The translations under genes and the position numbers were made by a program. Positions 60,944-64,000 of a DNA stretch of 64,000 nucleotides are shown one piece after another (within the stretch, counting starts at the first letter, position 1; every line of letters starts with the position of its first letter). The notes under the pieces were generated by a model, which did no database searches, was not told where the DNA came from, and saw only the letters and a program-made list of their open reading frames with translations. The stretch spans positions 956,117 through 1,020,116 of the forward strand of contig CAVOYH010000004.1 of the NCBI GenBank assembly GCA_963700635.1, written 5' to 3'. This stretch comes from an uncultured Bacteroidota bacterium (GTDB lineage: Bacteria > Bacteroidota > Ignavibacteria > UBA10030 > UBA6906).

Positions 60944-60994
60944 AAGCCCCTCTTCCGTCTCTTTTCGAGAGCCGGCAGAGGGGCTTTTTCGTTT
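60944..60994 (+). terminator. Intrinsic terminator in the leader of the BNR gene (attenuator)
   Basis: AAGCCCCTCT...AGAGGGGCTT followed by TTTCGTTT, about 40 nt upstream of the ATG at 61036. Confidence 0.65.
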
Positions 60995-61035
60995 CTGCCA
61001 GCGCGTTCATTCGCACGTTTCCATCGGAGGCCGAC

Positions 61036-63173
61036 ATGAAGAGCATCAACATTGGTGTGTTGTATTTTCTGGTCCTACTCCTCTGTACTCCAGGAGCATC
61101 CGGTCAATGGGTCCAGACCAATGGGCCCCAGGGTGGCTATGCCCTGGCACTCCTTAATACCGGAACGGATCTCCTCGCGGGTACCGACCGCGCCGGCGTG
61201 TACCGGTCGAGCAACGGCGGGTTGAGCTGGTTCCCTTCCAACGATGGTATTGGCGGGCAGTACATCATGTCCTTACTCTCCGCAAACGGCTGGGTGTACG
61301 CTGGAGGGCTCTTATTCGGGCGCCTTTCGTTCCGCAGATAACGGTCGGACATGGCAGGTAGCCGGCACCGGCCTGGAATCCCAGTCGGTGAATGCTCTGG
61401 CTGCGGCGGGTGGCAGGATCTTCGCGGGAACATATTATGATGGAGTCTATGTGAGCGTTGACAGCGGAGGGAATTGGTCGAGCGTGAACACAGGGCTGGC
61501 GAACCTCACGGTGTACTCGCTGTTGGCGATCGGGAATGACCTCTTTGCCGGCACGGCTGATGGGGCGTTCTATTCCACCAACAACGGCACCTCCTGGGAC
61601 AGCATCAGCACAGGGCTTACAACGCGTTCGGTGCGCTGCATCTTGCAGTTCGGACCTGCCCTGTTCGCAGGTACATACGGCGGTGGAGTGTATCGATCAA
61701 CGAACAAGGGGGCAGACTGGACACAGCATGTGAACGGCATGGGTAACAAGTACGTCATGTCCCTGGCCACGGATGGACAGATTTTGTACTGCGGGTGCGA
61801 CGGTGCTGTCTACCGCTCAGAGGATGGAGGGGGCACATGGACTCCGTGGACGACAGGACTGCCATTTAGTCAGGCTTTTGCGATCGCATTGCACGATACG
61901 AGCATTCTCGTAAGTCAGGGAGATGTCGCTATCTATCGACGAACGAAGAATGGAGCTTCGTGGGTGCCCTCGATCGACGGCTACACGACCACGACCCCCT
62001 ACTTTCTGGAATCCACCGGCGGTGCCCTGTGGACGGGAGGGATGGCGGGTACTATCCACTATACAACGGATAGCGGCGGGACATGGACACTTTCCAATTC
62101 GGGTATCCCGCACGCTGCTGTCTATGCGCTTCTCCTTGACGGAGATTCGATGTATGCCGGGCTGAACAATTACTCCGTCTACAAGTCGACCGACAGGGGT
62201 GCCACATGGACCAGGGTGAATGACGGCATGGGGTTTCAGACAGTAAACTCGCTGCTCCTGAGTGGTTCATCCATGTTTGCGACAACGTTGAGAGGCCTCT
62301 TCAGCTCAACGAACAGAGGCACCCAGTGGACACAAGTGACGAATGGCCTTTCTGCGGACAGACTGAACGATTTGATCAAAGTGAATACGACCCTTCTCCT
62401 TGGCACATTTGGATCCGGCGTCTATAGGTCAACGGACAATGGAGACCAGCTGGAGCAGCAGCAGCACCGGTCTCACGGACTCCAACATGTCCGGTTTTGC
62501 AGTGAGCGGGACGGACGTATATGCAGGGACACATACTGCAGGGATCTTTCGCTCCACCGACGAGGGTGCCACATGGACCCGGACCGCAAACGGTTTACCG
62601 TCACAGACTGTTACGTGTATTTACCCCTGGGGGAGCACGCTGTTTGCCGGCACGACGGGCGGGTTCTTCGTCAGCACAGACAGGGGGGAAAACTGGAAAG
62701 CTGCAAACACGGGACTGGGATATACCTATGTCTATTCCGTGAAGGCACTGGGAACATATCTCTATGCCGGGATTGTCGGAAACGGGGTGTGGCGGAGGCC
62801 CCTTTCTGATTTGGTGACCGGCGTCGAAGAGGTTTTCGGCGCGACACCGGAACGATTCTCACTGGCGCAGAATTATCCCAATCCGTTTAATCCGGGCACA
62901 ACGATACAGTTCAACGTCGCAGGTTCGTTGACAGGATCTTCAAGCCGGAGTCAACAGACCGGGTCCGGGGACGGGGCGTCAACGGTGGGGTGGGTTCGCC
63001 TTTGCGTGTACGACCTTCTGGGGCGTGAGGTGGCGGTGCTTGTAAACGAGAAGAAAGGACCGGGACAGTACACTGTCTCCTGGGATGCAAGCGGCAAGGC
63101 AAGTGGTGTTTATGTGTACCGGCTCACCGCCGGTGATTTTATCCAGACACGCAAGATGGCGTTGATACGATAA
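61036..63173 (+). CDS. Secreted BNR/Asp-box beta-propeller protein with C-terminal sorting domain, frameshifts near 61305 and 62443
   Basis: Signal peptide and QWVQTNGP, more than 12 S-T-D/N-x-G-x-x-W repeats, and C-terminal LAQNYPNPFNP...VYDLLGREV...SGVYVYRL. Three ORFs join through single-base shifts. Confidence 0.85.
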
Positions 63174-63180
63174 ATGCGAC

Positions 63181-63396
63181 TTACGTGTGAGTGCCGGAAG
63201 GAAGATTGGCGCCTGACCGCCGGGCCACAGCGAGGCCAACGCCGCCCAGAACTGCTACCGATGCTATGACCAGGCGTAATCCGATCGCCTCGGAGAGAAA
63301 TACGACCCCTCCGGTTGCTGCGATCACGGGCACGGCCAGCTGCACAACTGCTGCACGCGTTGCCGTCAAGCCCCGGAGGGCGGCGTACCACACGGC
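63181..63396 (-). pseudogene. 3' remnant of a DMT/EamA family transporter
   Basis: WYAALRGLTATRAAVVQLAVPVIAATGGVVFLSE matches an EamA C-terminus. The upstream sequence is unrelated, so the 5' part is missing. Confidence 0.75.
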
Positions 63397-63960
63397 ATGG
63401 TAAGAGAGACGGATTGTTTTTTGACTCCTCAGTCAGGTCTCCGTTCATGGGGTGAGCGTTAGTTCTCGAGAATGCTGGAGGTGCAAAGTACCGTAGTCGG
63501 AAAATGCTTCAACTGGCTGAGGCAAGCGGAGATTCTATCCCGATGCCGCGAAACATGGGAGAAAGACATTTGGCAAGCAGTAGGAGGAAGTGATTTCATC
63601 AATCAATGATACACTATTGGCGGGCATTTCACAAGACCACTTCGTGGGGAGAAATCGCGAATCTGGTATCTTCTGGGGGCTCTGGAATGGGAACTCAGTT
63701 GTGAGGGATGCCAGGGCTGTTTGCGGGCACGCTAGCCTAAGAATCCTCAGATTTCAACCGGAAGAAAGTCGCCCAACATGTCCATGACCTGGACATATCC
63801 GGGGCATGTGTCCAGGAAATCGTCATACGTGGACACGTTCAGGCTCCTGAGATCCGTCCGGCCGCGCTACGGAAGGGCAAGTCCCGGATTATAGACCTTG
63901 TCTCCGAAGAGTTGATTGACGAGCCACGTCTCCGGGCAAGGGAGCAGGTCAGAAAACCAG

Positions 63961-64000
63961 TGCCCTCGGGCAGAGTCGAACTGCCGACCTGCGGTTTAGG
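63961..64000 (-). tRNA. tRNA-Arg(CCT), 3' half (5' half lies beyond the window)
   Basis: Minus strand reads CCT-AA-ACCGC-AGGTC-GGCAG-TTCGACT-CTGCC-CGAGGGC-A: anticodon, variable loop, T-arm and acceptor strand. CCA is not encoded. Confidence 0.85.

Noticed and set aside
61036-62810. Periodic repeats as a possible CRISPR or tandem array
   Set aside because: The repeats exist only at protein level (Asp-box blades). There are no identical DNA repeats with spacers.
63450-63470. GCGTTAG resembling an integron attC end
   Set aside because: There is no complementary RYYYAAC site upstream at a suitable distance, and no cassette array or integrase.

Overview
This is a gene-dense bacterial chromosome segment of roughly 55-60% GC (estimated by eye). 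It probably comes from an FCB-group organism such as Ignavibacteria or a relative. Three features point there: a secreted protein ending in an 'LAQNYPNPFNP' C-terminal sorting domain, GGAGG Shine-Dalgarno sites, and TTGACA-N16/17-TAnnnT promoters rather than Bacteroidia-type ones. Most of the window is housekeeping and envelope genes: a bamD operon, lolC/E-lolC/E-lolD, prfB, aspS, glnA, pckA, htpX, trxA, dnaE, proS, a DEAD-box helicase, ppk2, tldD/tldE and an ABC-F. There is also a small glycoside-utilisation operon. prfB carries the canonical programmed +1 frameshift. Several otherwise intact genes (prfB, atuA-like, glnA, pckA, DUF853 ATPase, BNR protein) have extra single-base indels that look like assembly errors. 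The last 4 kb, next to a partial tRNA-Arg(CCT), hold decayed gene remnants. The most interesting unexplained signals are non-coding RNA structures: a promoter-to-terminator two-hairpin RNA with C-rich loops, and a PyrR-like attenuator in front of a secreted beta-propeller. Unusual protein architectures include a membrane domain-DUF1028-TPR fusion, a Tat-signal TldD and a double-propeller glycosidase. I found no CRISPR array, integrase, transposase or defence system.
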